64,000 bases of DNA from an uncultured SAR86 cluster bacterium (GCA_902514295.1 CABXQE010000002.1:9938-73937); one strand, 5' to 3'; shown: positions 8,480 to 18,012, counted from the first letter of the stretch. Program-made: numbers and translations. The notes: a model not told the origin generated them from the letters alone.

Positions 8480-10189
8480 ATGACAAAAAAACTTCTTTTG
8501 CTCTTCTTTTTTAATTGCTTACTTTTAAACAACGCATTAATTGCCAGAACTCAAACCACTTTAGATTATCAAGACAGAATTCATGCTGTGTCCTCAGAGA
8601 ACTTTATGGTTGTTTCTCAAAACATTCATGCTACTGAGGCAGGTTATGAAATTTTAAATAAAGGAGGGAATGCTGTTGACGCAGCTGTTGCTGTTGGTTT
8701 CGCATTGGCTGTTACTTTACCTAGGGCAGGTAATTTAGGCGGCGGTGGCTTTATGCTCATTTATAACAAGGAAAATAATAAAGTTGAAACCATTGATTAC
8801 CGTTCTGCTGCCCCTAGATCTGCCAAAAGTGAGATGTTTATAAATGATGAGTCAAATGTAGTTAGGTTTGGCCATTTAGTAAATGCTGTACCAGGATCAG
8901 TTGCAGGTCTTATAAAGGCACATAATAATCATGGAAAGTTAGGTTTTGCAGAAGTAATGAAACCAGCAATAAGATTAGCTAAGAATGGGATACCTGTAAC
9001 TCATGATTTAAAATACGCTTTGGAGTGGTCAAAAGAATCACTTTTAGAAAACGTTACTTCTAAAAATAAATTCTACGATAAGGAAGAAAATCCTATTGAA
9101 GTTACCTCTTTATTCAAGCAACCAAAACTTGCAAAGACATTATTTCTGATTAGCAGGAAAGGTAAGAAGGCTTTTTATGAAGGTGAGATAGCTAAATGGA
9201 TAGAAAAGGATTCTCTAGGTAATGGGGGCTTGATTACCTTACAAGATTTGAAATCTTATGAAGCTAAAGACAGAGAACCTATAAGTATAAATTATAGGGG
9301 ATATGAAATAGTTTCGATGGCTCCAGTTGCAAGCGGAGGTCTCGTTCTACTTCAGATAATGAGTATTTTAGAGAATTTTAATTTAGAAAAGCTTGGCCCA
9401 AATTCTGCTGAAACTATTCATTTATTATCAGAATCTATGCAAAGAGCATATGCAGATAGGGCACGTTACCATGGAGATCCAGATTATTATGATGTACCCA
9501 TTAATAAACTACTATCCAGAGAATATTTAAGAGAAAGGTCTAGATCCATTGGCGCATTAAGGACTGAGGACGGAAAAATCTTTGCTGGTGATATGAGTAA
9601 AGTAGATGAAAGTCCTGATACAACACACTTCTCCGTAATTGATTCTATGGGTAATGCTGTTTCAAATACTTATACTTTAGGTTCTTCATTTGGATCAGGT
9701 GTCACGATAGAGAAGGGAGGCTTTCTAATGAACAATCAGATGAGAAATTTTTCTCATTTTTATGGAAAATCTGATGAGCTTTCATTAGGAACTAGCGAAG
9801 CAAATAAATTAGAGCCTGGGAAGCGTATGATTAGCACTCAAACACCAACGCTAGTATTTAGTCCTGATGGGGAGTTATTTATGGTTTTGGGTTCCCCTGG
9901 TGGAGGAAGGATACCCAATGTGATAGCTCAAGTTATTTCAAATGTTATAGATCATAAAATGAGTTACGCGTCTGCCGTTATGGCCCCTAGAATCAATCAG
10001 AGGCTAGAAGGAAATTTAGAGTTAGAGAATGGTTTTAGTCCTGACACTATAAACTTGTTGAAGGCAAAGGGTCACAATATTAAACGCTCAATGACGATGG
10101 GTAGTGTTCAAGCTATTTTTGTTGAAGACCAAGTGATTTATGGAGTTGCTGATACCAGAAGACCAGGTGCTTTAGCTAAAGGGGATTAG
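8480..10189 (+). CDS. ggt: gamma-glutamyltransferase paralog, secreted
   Basis: Same motifs as its neighbour (GNLGGGGFM, ESPDTTHFSV, GSPGGGRIP). The ATG at 8480 gives the signal peptide MTKKLLLLFFFNCLLL; the track's TTG at 8471 overlaps the upstream stop. Confidence 0.9.
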   Translation: MTKKLLLLFFFNCLLLNNALIARTQTTLDYQDRIHAVSSENFMVVSQNIHATEAGYEILNKGGNAVDAAVAVGFALAVTLPRAGNLGGGGFMLIYNKENNKVETIDYRSAAPRSAKSEMFINDESNVVRFGHLVNAVPGSVAGLIKAHNNHGKLGFAEVMKPAIRLAKNGIPVTHDLKYALEWSKESLLENVTSKNKFYDKEENPIEVTSLFKQPKLAKTLFLISRKGKKAFYEGEIAKWIEKDSLGNGGLITLQDLKSYEAKDREPISINYRGYEIVSMAPVASGGLVLLQIMSILENFNLEKLGPNSAETIHLLSESMQRAYADRARYHGDPDYYDVPINKLLSREYLRERSRSIGALRTEDGKIFAGDMSKVDESPDTTHFSVIDSMGNAVSNTYTLGSSFGSGVTIEKGGFLMNNQMRNFSHFYGKSDELSLGTSEANKLEPGKRMISTQTPTLVFSPDGELFMVLGSPGGGRIPNVIAQVISNVIDHKMSYASAVMAPRINQRLEGNLELENGFSPDTINLLKAKGHNIKRSMTMGSVQAIFVEDQVIYGVADTRRPGALAKGD

Positions 10190-11631
10190 AGAAGGAAATA
10201 AGGAACAGAAACAGCTGCGATAAAAGACACTACTAAAATACCTAGAACGTTGATTAAAAATCCAGCCCTAGCCATTTGAGGTACCTTTATTAAGCCAGAA
10301 CCAAACACTATCGCATTTGGAGGAGTGGCTACAGGCAGCATAAATGCACAGCTAGCAGCAAGAGCGACAGCCGCTGTTACCAATAAAGGATTAAAATCAG
10401 ATTGAATAGCTATAGCAGCAACTACCGGTAAGAAAGTTGCAGTAGTGGCCATATTTGAGGTCAGTTCAGTTAAGAAAATAATCATTGTAACTACTAAAAT
10501 TACAATCAATACGATACTTATTCCTTGAGGGATCAGGTTGCCCATCCATACAGCTAACCCTGTAGATTGAACAGCATTAGCTAGACTTAAGCCGCCACCA
10601 AATAGAACGAGTAATCCCCAGGGAACATTTTCTTGAGCATCCTTCCATTCCAGTAATGATCCTTTTTTTTCTTTATCGCCACTCGGTAGGAGGAAAAGAA
10701 ATAGGGCAGATATCATGGCTATACCAGCATCTGATAAACCTTCAAGGCCGTTTATATCATCTAAAACAGTCCTTAGCATCCAAGATACGGCTGTTAAGAC
10801 AAACACTACAAAAACCTTAAACTCTGCCCCATCAAATTGGCCTAATTCTTGTTTCATTGTGCTTAAGAGATCTTTAGTTTCTTGAGAGGTTTCAAATTCA
10901 ACTTTAAAGATTATTCTTGTCAGTATTAACCAACTGCATGGAAGCATAATTGCGCTCAAAGGGACTCCAACTTTCATCCAATCAACAAAGCTTATATCCA
11001 GGTTATAGTTATCAGCCATAAATGCTGCTAACATTCCATTGGGACCTGTGCCAATAAGGGTAGACATACCTCCAATAGTAGCTCCATACGCTATACCTAA
11101 TAAAAGAGCCAATTGAAAAGACTCCATCTCATGATCACTTAAACCTTTAACTGTTTCTTTAACGACGGTAATAACTGCAAGCCCTATGGGCAGTAACATA
11201 ATTGTAGTAGCAGTATTCATAACCCACATACTTATTAAAGCTGCGGTTAACATAAAGCCAAGAATCAAAGATGCTCCATTTGAGCCAGCATACTCAAGTA
11301 CGAATAAAGCTATTCTTTTATGTAAATCCCATTTTTGAATTGCAGTCGCAATTAAAAACCCCCCAAAGAATAGATAAATAGTTTTATTTGCATAGGGATT
11401 AGCTGCACTTTGAATGTCAACAATACCTAGCATAGGAAACATAGCTAAAGGCACTAGAGCAGTAACTGCTACTGGGACAGCTTCTGTTGCCCACCAAACA
11501 CCCATTAACAAAAACAAAGCTGCAGTTTTATGTGCTTCTGGAGTAAGACCTTCTGGAGTAGGAAGTAACATGACTACAAAAGCAGCGGTTACTCCAAGTA
11601 AGAATCCAAAATTTTCTTTGATGAGTGACAT
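10186..11631 (-). CDS. DASS/SLC13 family Na+-coupled anion (di/tricarboxylate or sulfate) symporter
   Basis: Polytopic membrane protein with the two SLC13 hairpin motifs SNMATTATFLP and PVATPPNAI. Confidence 0.85.
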   Translation of the reverse strand: MSLIKENFGFLLGVTAAFVVMLLPTPEGLTPEAHKTAALFLLMGVWWATEAVPVAVTALVPLAMFPMLGIVDIQSAANPYANKTIYLFFGGFLIATAIQKWDLHKRIALFVLEYAGSNGASLILGFMLTAALISMWVMNTATTIMLLPIGLAVITVVKETVKGLSDHEMESFQLALLLGIAYGATIGGMSTLIGTGPNGMLAAFMADNYNLDISFVDWMKVGVPLSAIMLPCSWLILTRIIFKVEFETSQETKDLLSTMKQELGQFDGAEFKVFVVFVLTAVSWMLRTVLDDINGLEGLSDAGIAMISALFLFLLPSGDKEKKGSLLEWKDAQENVPWGLLVLFGGGLSLANAVQSTGLAVWMGNLIPQGISIVLIVILVVTMIIFLTELTSNMATTATFLPVVAAIAIQSDFNPLLVTAAVALAASCAFMLPVATPPNAIVFGSGLIKVPQMARAGFLINVLGILVVSFIAAVSVPYFLL

Positions 11632-11649
11632 TGATGAATGATTTTAAAT

Positions 11650-11678
11650 AAAAAAGGGAGCTTACGCTCCCTTTTTTA
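11650..11678. terminator. bidirectional rho-independent terminator between the TonB receptor and the DASS gene
   Basis: AAAAAA-GGGAGC-TTAC-GCTCCC-TTTTTT. Confidence 0.8.
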
Positions 11679-11689
11679 ATAGTTAAGCT

Positions 11690-14638
11690 TTACTTCATTC
11701 TTAAAGTGAAATCAACGTAGTAATTTCTTCCATAGTCTTGATGAGCATCAGCGTAGTAACCATAGTATCTATCCGCTGTAGGTGCTCTTTCATCTTCAAG
11801 ATTTTTAACAGCAAATCTAATTCTTGCGTTATGATCTTTTAAAGCAAAGTCATAAGACATAGTTAGATTCAATGTTGTCATAGAAGGAATTAAGTAAGGA
11901 ACACCACCTTGTGTACCTAATGATGTTTGAACAAACGAACCTTTTTTAAGTCCAGAAAGGCTAACTCTATAAGGTCCCTTGTCCCAAGACACCCTTACAG
12001 TGTGCTTGTTATCGTAAATTCCATCTTTTTCAAGAAGGTCTCCAAAGCCTTTTAAAGGGATGGACTCAGGGATATTGCCTGCATCTTTTTCAGCTTGAAG
12101 CCTAGCAAATTCTCCACTAGCTTTTTGTTCAAACTTATCAAGAAAAGTTCCAATGTATCTAACGTCAAAGTCACCGTAATCACTTTCAACATTGTAGTAG
12201 ACTCCTACATCAGTCCCTTCAACAGTCCTTTTGGCCATATTGGTGTATTCATTCTTTATGTATTTAATATCACCAAAAGGGCACACACCCGCAGCAGCAA
12301 ATCCTGCCGCATCACCTTCATCAGGAGCTTCTCTAACAACTAAAGGGTCTCCAGCAAAAGTTGAACAATTGTTTGTTCCGTTAGCAAATCTTAATAGCAT
12401 ATCGTTAACCGTTTGGTTTTCACGACCAAATAAACCAATAGTTTTATCTTTTTCGATAGTCCATGTATCAACGGTAACGATCAAGTTGTCTGTTGGAGAA
12501 AGAACCAGACCAAAAGAAGTGTTGTCTGACTCTTCAGCTTCTAGATTTTCAGCCCCAGTGGCCATTCTTTGAATGGTATAACGAGAATCTGAATCAATCA
12601 CATTTTCAACACTTTGAACGGCATTAACTTGAAAAGCGGCCCTGTCGTATCTTGTTCCTGATCTCACAACAGTTTTTTCATTTACTTGAATGATATTCGG
12701 TGCTCTAAAAGCAGAAGACACTGATGCCCTAAAATCCATCCAAGGAGTTACTTCCCAACCTAAAGCAAGTTTTCCAACAGTTGAGTCTCCATAGTCTGAG
12801 AAATCTTCGTGTCGAAGCGCAGATTGCATGTTGATTTTATCCGTTACTGGAATTTGCAATTCGTAAAAAACAGATAACACATCTCTAGAGCCAGAAACAT
12901 CACCTGTTGGTGATGAATTAAGAACATCAGCAACTAAAGGATAGGTATCGCCTTCATAATCAGTATATGTGATAGTTCCATCAAGTCTTGGGTCTCTATC
13001 ATCAGACATTTCTTCATCACGATATTCCATTCCCAATAAGAGACCAATGTCACCCCACATATTAGGGTTGGACATCTTAAAATCAATCATGGTGAGTTCA
13101 CTCTCACCTTTTCTATAAACGTCAATTAATGTCCTTTCTATATTCGAATTAACGCCTGCACTGAATGGGTTATAAGCAGCAGGTGTAGAGTCATATAGAG
13201 CTTCTTTCAGAAGGTTATTAGACATTCTGTTTGACGTTACGTCATCAGAAGTAGCTTTTGAATTAACATATGCAGCTTCCCAGTCCCAATCACCTCTAGT
13301 GCCTCTAAAGCCTTGAAGGAATCTATAGGTTTCTTTTTGTACATTTACAAGTCTTTGCTTTTCTTCATACCTGTAGTTGTCTATGTAAAGTTCTTTACCA
13401 GCAAATATAGCAGTTGGGACACCATCTACATCCACTTTAAGTTGGTTTAAATAATAGTTATCTGGACCAATTCTGTGTTTAGAAGATGAGAACGCATATG
13501 AGGCATGTGCAGTTCTGTCACTGTCAGATTCGTAATAAGCAAACTCTGTAAATGACTCCATGCCATTATCCATGTCATGATTAACGAACATAACTATGTT
13601 GGTTCTTACTAGTTCAGATCTAACATCAGTCGGACCCCAGAAATTACTTCTTAAAGCTCCGTTCCCGTCTTGAGCAATACACGTCCCATAACCTGTATCA
13701 AATAATGGATGGCCTCTGTTAGTACATTTAGCATCACCTAAGGGAAAAATCTCAAATTCACCATTAGAGTCAGTCCAAAGATGATCGTAACTTTCTCCTT
13801 TATGCTCTGAAGAACTAACCATATCAAACTGCCCATAAAGAGAGTGAGAACTTAAGTTTCTAAATGAAGTACTTGTTTTCCAAGGAGAATCATCATCAAC
13901 AAAAGGCCTATGATCTCCTGCACCCCACCTTGGGTCTTCTTGCGCATTGATATTTTCACGATCATAATGGTCAAAGAACACACTTACGTTTGTGTCTCCG
14001 TCATTAAAAAATGAACCCCATTTAGCAGTTACTTTAGTATCTTGAGCACCAAAGTGATCATAGCCACCAACCCTTGCTGTTACACTTAGGCCGTCGTAAT
14101 CATCTTGTAAAACATTATTTATAACACCTGCTACAGCATCTGCGCCGTAAACAGCAGAAGCTCCATCACGAAGTATTTCAAGTCTTTCGATTCCAGTAAC
14201 TGGAATTAAGTTTGAGTTAACGCTTGTGGTAGGGACATAGTCTCCACCAATTAATTCTGTTTGGTAACCAGGAGAGTTAACAAGCCTTCTTCCATTTAAA
14301 AGAGTTAGTGTGTTACCAACCCCTAAGTTTCGTAGGTTATAGGCTCCCACGTCTCCACGAGAAGCATTGACACCACCTGAAGCATCTTCAGCTTCATTAA
14401 AATAGTTCTGTCCTTGCTCCGCAATGTGCTCAAGCAGATCATCGCCTGAATCTACACCAGTAGCCTCAATATCCAAGCCACTTACTATCGAAACAGGCAA
14501 AGCCCCAGTAATTTTTGCTCCTTTAATTTGAGACCCTACTACAACCACTTCTTCTACTTCAGAGTCATCTTCAGCAGCAAAGAGTGGTACGCTTAAAGCT
14601 AAGCAGGTACCAATAAGAGTTATAAACAATTTTTTCAT
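11690..14638 (-). CDS. TonB-dependent outer-membrane receptor (982 aa)
   Basis: Signal peptide, acidic run plus TonB-box-like EEVVVVGSQ, plug motifs (LRNLGVGNTLTLLNGRR; GASAVYGADAVAGVIN), long beta-barrel region. Confidence 0.9.
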   Translation of the reverse strand: MKKLFITLIGTCLALSVPLFAAEDDSEVEEVVVVGSQIKGAKITGALPVSIVSGLDIEATGVDSGDDLLEHIAEQGQNYFNEAEDASGGVNASRGDVGAYNLRNLGVGNTLTLLNGRRLVNSPGYQTELIGGDYVPTTSVNSNLIPVTGIERLEILRDGASAVYGADAVAGVINNVLQDDYDGLSVTARVGGYDHFGAQDTKVTAKWGSFFNDGDTNVSVFFDHYDRENINAQEDPRWGAGDHRPFVDDDSPWKTSTSFRNLSSHSLYGQFDMVSSSEHKGESYDHLWTDSNGEFEIFPLGDAKCTNRGHPLFDTGYGTCIAQDGNGALRSNFWGPTDVRSELVRTNIVMFVNHDMDNGMESFTEFAYYESDSDRTAHASYAFSSSKHRIGPDNYYLNQLKVDVDGVPTAIFAGKELYIDNYRYEEKQRLVNVQKETYRFLQGFRGTRGDWDWEAAYVNSKATSDDVTSNRMSNNLLKEALYDSTPAAYNPFSAGVNSNIERTLIDVYRKGESELTMIDFKMSNPNMWGDIGLLLGMEYRDEEMSDDRDPRLDGTITYTDYEGDTYPLVADVLNSSPTGDVSGSRDVLSVFYELQIPVTDKINMQSALRHEDFSDYGDSTVGKLALGWEVTPWMDFRASVSSAFRAPNIIQVNEKTVVRSGTRYDRAAFQVNAVQSVENVIDSDSRYTIQRMATGAENLEAEESDNTSFGLVLSPTDNLIVTVDTWTIEKDKTIGLFGRENQTVNDMLLRFANGTNNCSTFAGDPLVVREAPDEGDAAGFAAAGVCPFGDIKYIKNEYTNMAKRTVEGTDVGVYYNVESDYGDFDVRYIGTFLDKFEQKASGEFARLQAEKDAGNIPESIPLKGFGDLLEKDGIYDNKHTVRVSWDKGPYRVSLSGLKKGSFVQTSLGTQGGVPYLIPSMTTLNLTMSYDFALKDHNARIRFAVKNLEDERAPTADRYYGYYADAHQDYGRNYYVDFTLRMK

Positions 14639-14722
14639 AATTTAATCCCCATTTTTATATGATATAAGTCATTTTATACTTTAAAAGAAAAAATAACATT
14701 GACAAATGTAACAATCTGAAAG

Positions 14723-14761
14723 GACTAGTCTAATACTTGTTTTAACTATAGTCATAGACTA
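14723..14761. promoter_or_regulatory. paired palindromes sharing the GACTA/TAGTC half-site (candidate LysR operator)
   Basis: GACTAGTC (14723-14730) and TAGTC-ATA-GACTA (14749-14761), in the divergent region between the TonB receptor and the LysR gene. Confidence 0.35.
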
Positions 14762-14799
14762 AGGTTATATAATAACAAAAATAAATTAATAGTAGTGCA

Positions 14800-15678
14800 T
14801 TGAAAAGTAGGCAATTAGAGGTATTTCACGCTGTTTATACTAAAGGAACAATTACAGAGGCAGCTAAACATTTAAACGTATCACAACCTTCTGTGAGCAA
14901 GGTTTTAGCTCATACAGAGTCGCAGCTTGGGTTTCTGCTTTTCTCAAGATTTAAAGGAAGGCTAGTTCCTACTTCGGAGGCCAAGATAATCTTTTCAAAG
15001 GCAGATAAGATTCATAAAGGTTTAAATCAATTAAACTTATTAACGAAGAATTTATCTGAAAACCCTTCGGGTTTAATCAGACTAGCCTGCACACCCACTT
15101 TGGGATTAGATTTTGTTCCAACAATGGTGTCATCCTTTTCTGAAATATCTGAAGGAGTAAAATTTGAAACCCATACTTTTCATTACGATGAAATACTAAG
15201 TCATATAAATGAAGGAAGTATTGATATGGGGATAGCTTTTGAAGCTATACACGGTAACGATTTACACATTAAGAAAATAATAACTGGTAAATTTGTTGTA
15301 GTTGCTTCTGAGAAATTTTCTCTACCAAATCGAACACTTAAATTGGAAGATTTAAAAAAAGTTCCTTTTGTTAACATAGAAGGGCCTTTATCAAAGAAAT
15401 TATCATTGTTTTTTAGAAAAAAAAGGTTCTCTCCAAATATAGTTACCTCTACAGATTCTTATTTCATGGCTTCGTCCTTTGCAGAAAAAGGTTTAGCTAT
15501 TTCAGTTTTAGATGAAATATCAGCTAATTCATTGTGCGATAAAAAGAATATCTGGGAATTAGAAGAATCTCCTTCAATTGATATATATATTATCCTGCCT
15601 AAGAAGGCTTCAAGATCTGTAATAGAAGAAAAGTTCTTGTCATATATAGATGAACAAGAGTATAAAATTAACTCCTAA
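14800..15678 (+). CDS. LysR family transcriptional regulator
   Basis: The N-terminal wHTH MKSRQLEVFHAVYTKGTITEAAKHLNVSQPSVSKVL is canonical LysR. TTG start; 292 aa. Confidence 0.9.
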   Translation: MKSRQLEVFHAVYTKGTITEAAKHLNVSQPSVSKVLAHTESQLGFLLFSRFKGRLVPTSEAKIIFSKADKIHKGLNQLNLLTKNLSENPSGLIRLACTPTLGLDFVPTMVSSFSEISEGVKFETHTFHYDEILSHINEGSIDMGIAFEAIHGNDLHIKKIITGKFVVVASEKFSLPNRTLKLEDLKKVPFVNIEGPLSKKLSLFFRKKRFSPNIVTSTDSYFMASSFAEKGLAISVLDEISANSLCDKKNIWELEESPSIDIYIILPKKASRSVIEEKFLSYIDEQEYKINS

Positions 15679-16588
15679 TTATTTTAAAACCTTAAAATTG
15701 AATAAAAAAAAATACATTTTATCTCTTGATGGCGGGGGCGTCAGAACTATAGCTTCTATAATTTTCTTACAGAAGTTAGAGTCCAATCTTAAAGTTCCTT
15801 TATCAGAAAAATTCGATTTTTTTATTGGAACTTCTGCTGGAGCTATCTCTTGCTTAGGATTGTCGGTTAATAAGATGCCAGCGATTGAACTCATGAATAT
15901 TTGGTCCAAAGAAAATCTCGTTAAAATCATGACTAATTCTTCGTGGGAGACAAACTTAGGAATAATGCAGATTAATCCAAAGTATACAAATGAGGGAAAA
16001 AGAGAAGTATTAACTGAGTTTTTCTCCGATAAGAAATTAGGAGATGCTTCTAAACCTGTAGCAGTTACTTCTTATGATATTGAGAAAAGATTACCAGTTC
16101 TTTTAACTTCCTATAATGACCCTGAGGTATCAGTAGTCGATTCAGGCGATGCAACGAGTGCGGCTCCAGTTTATTACCCCACCGCACAAGTTGGAGATAG
16201 ATTTCTTATAGACGGAGGCATTGTGGCAAATCATCCTGTCTTGCATGGATACGTAGAGGCTAAAAAGATGTATCCAGATAATGAGTTGGTAGTCCTAAGC
16301 ATTGGAACGGGCTTAAACAAAAGATCTCTTAAAGGCGAAGACTCAAAAAAATGGGGCTTAATCGGATGGATGATGCATGATCTCTTCGGCTTGATGGTAG
16401 AAAGTAGTATGGATCATGAACTTGCTGAAGAGTTAATAGGAGAAAATTACCTTAGAATTAATTCGCCTCTTGGAAAAGTTAATAGAAGACTTGATGATAA
16501 CAGTGATTCTAATATCGAAAGAATAATATCCATGGGCGAAAGTTGGTGGGATGACTTAGGGCAGAAAGCTCTTGACCTGCTGAAATAG
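15650..16588 (+). CDS. patatin-like phospholipase
   Basis: Oxyanion motif DGGGVRT, nucleophile elbow GTSAG, catalytic Asp motif IDGG. The start is uncertain: the ATG at 15650 overlaps lysR by 29 nt, and an in-frame TTG at 15698 is the alternative. Confidence 0.85.
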   Translation: MNKSIKLTPNYFKTLKLNKKKYILSLDGGGVRTIASIIFLQKLESNLKVPLSEKFDFFIGTSAGAISCLGLSVNKMPAIELMNIWSKENLVKIMTNSSWETNLGIMQINPKYTNEGKREVLTEFFSDKKLGDASKPVAVTSYDIEKRLPVLLTSYNDPEVSVVDSGDATSAAPVYYPTAQVGDRFLIDGGIVANHPVLHGYVEAKKMYPDNELVVLSIGTGLNKRSLKGEDSKKWGLIGWMMHDLFGLMVESSMDHELAEELIGENYLRINSPLGKVNRRLDDNSDSNIERIISMGESWWDDLGQKALDLLK

Positions 16589-18012
16589 TGAAAAAGTACT
16601 TTTTTTTAATTATATATTTTGTCGTTTCAGGTTGTTCTGTGAATCCCGTAACAGGAAAACAGGATTTCGTGATGATTAGCGAGAATCAAGAAATTGCTAT
16701 GGGCAAAAGATATCACTCGCAAGTATTGCAACAAACTCCAGCATATGAAGATCCAGAACTTCAAGCTTACGTTCAAAGGGTTGGTGACTCTTTATCAAAA
16801 AAAAGTCATCGTCCAAACTTATTTTATCGTTTTACTGTGTTGGACAGCCCTGATATAAATGCTTTTGCTTTGCCTGGCGGATACGTTTATATAAATAGAG
16901 GTTTAATGGCTTACTTGTCTTCTGAACAAGAATTGGCTGCAGTTTTAGGTCATGAAATAGGTCATATAACGGCAAGACATAGCGTAAGGCAATATTCTCA
17001 ATCCCAAATATTAGGTGTTCTTTCTACTGCTATAGAAATGAATCAAGGCAGGTCAGCAGGTAATTTAGCTAACCTTGCTTCGGGGGCGTTATTATCAGGG
17101 TACGGCAGAGAGATGGAATTAGAAGCAGATGATTTAGGGGCTCAATATATCTTTCAGGAAGGCTACTCGCCACAAGGAATGTTTGATGTTTTATCAGTTT
17201 TAAAAGATCAAGAAATCTATTCAAAGGCTTTAGCTAAGAAAAGAGGGCAAGAACCTAGAAGTTACCATGGTGTATTTGCTAGCCACCCCTCTAACGATAA
17301 ACGCCTTCAAGAAATTCTTGAGGAAGTGACTAACTCCTACCCTAAAGGTACTAATAAAATTACAGCTAATTATTTAAATAAAATAGAAGGAATGGTTTAT
17401 GGAGATTCTGAACAATCGGGTGTTAGAAGAGGCAATGAATTCTTTCATTCAAAATTAGATTTGTATTTCTCTTCGCCCGATGATTGGGAAATTATCAACA
17501 CCCCAAAAAGCTTGATATTTAGCTCACCAAAAGGTGAAGCAATTCTTCAAGTTCATGTAGAAGATTTAAATTTTAGAGAATCTCCTAGATCTTATATGGA
17601 TAGAGTTGCCTCAAACCATTACCAAGGTAAAGAATTAAGAATGAATGGGTTTAATGGGTACACAGCATTAAGCAACAGATCTGGAAGGACTATTAGGCTT
17701 GCCATTATTTTCAAGGAGAAACAGGTATATCAATTTATTGGTTATGTAAAAGAGAGATTGGACACATTTGATAAACATGACCCAACCTTTATAGAAATAA
17801 TAAATACTTTTAATCAACTGGATGAAAGAGGAAAAGAACTCTCTAAACCCTTAAGAATTAATCAGTATATTGTTAAAGGAGGAGAAAGCTATAAAACATT
17901 AGCTCAAACAAGCAACATTCCTTTCAACCCCCAAGAACAATTAAGATTATTAAATGGAGATTTTCCTGATGACCCCTTAGTTGAGGGTCAAAGTATAAAA
18001 ATAGTAAATTAA
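16588..18012 (+). CDS. M48 family zinc metalloprotease lipoprotein with C-terminal LysM domain
   Basis: Lipobox VVSGCS, HEIGHITARH (HExxH), C-terminal YIVKGGESYKTLAQ... LysM-like segment. The GTG start overlaps the patatin stop by 1 nt. Confidence 0.8.
   Translation: MKKYFFLIIYFVVSGCSVNPVTGKQDFVMISENQEIAMGKRYHSQVLQQTPAYEDPELQAYVQRVGDSLSKKSHRPNLFYRFTVLDSPDINAFALPGGYVYINRGLMAYLSSEQELAAVLGHEIGHITARHSVRQYSQSQILGVLSTAIEMNQGRSAGNLANLASGALLSGYGREMELEADDLGAQYIFQEGYSPQGMFDVLSVLKDQEIYSKALAKKRGQEPRSYHGVFASHPSNDKRLQEILEEVTNSYPKGTNKITANYLNKIEGMVYGDSEQSGVRRGNEFFHSKLDLYFSSPDDWEIINTPKSLIFSSPKGEAILQVHVEDLNFRESPRSYMDRVASNHYQGKELRMNGFNGYTALSNRSGRTIRLAIIFKEKQVYQFIGYVKERLDTFDKHDPTFIEIINTFNQLDERGKELSKPLRINQYIVKGGESYKTLAQTSNIPFNPQEQLRLLNGDFPDDPLVEGQSIKIVN

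Noticed and set aside
12095-12572. Antisense or shadow ORFs of 60-123 aa listed in the six-frame track inside larger genes: 424-639, 6866-7634, 11414-11641, 12095-12572, 15679-15930, 19427-19612, 20356-20568, 21575-21832, 22919-23101, 27977-28216, 30165-30649, 33160-33372, 36157-36378, 39208-39426, 41200-41424, 42061-42878, 43642-43917, 44920-45501, 47573-47857, 49302-50363, 52269-52457, 55717-55923, 58143-58424, 62065-62259, 62595-62798, 63742-63966.
   Set aside because: Each lies wholly inside, or largely overlaps, a longer ORF on the other strand or frame that has clear family motifs. Their translations are low-complexity or Ser/Leu/Ile-rich with no motifs or ribosome-binding sites. This is the normal by-product of AT-rich codon usage.
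15704-15712. A homopolymeric A9 tract in the 5' part of the patatin ORF (and an A8 tract at about 15417-15424 in lysR) as a possible phase-variation slippage site.
   Set aside because: The tracts encode Lys runs (KKK) in an AT-rich genome where such runs are frequent. I see no evidence of alternative frames giving sensible products.
15650-16588. The patatin-like phospholipase as a CBASS-type or other anti-phage defence effector.
   Set aside because: No cyclic-oligonucleotide synthase, E1/E2/JAB, sensor or other defence partner lies nearby. The neighbours are a LysR regulator and an M48 protease. Nothing in the sequence supports a defence role.
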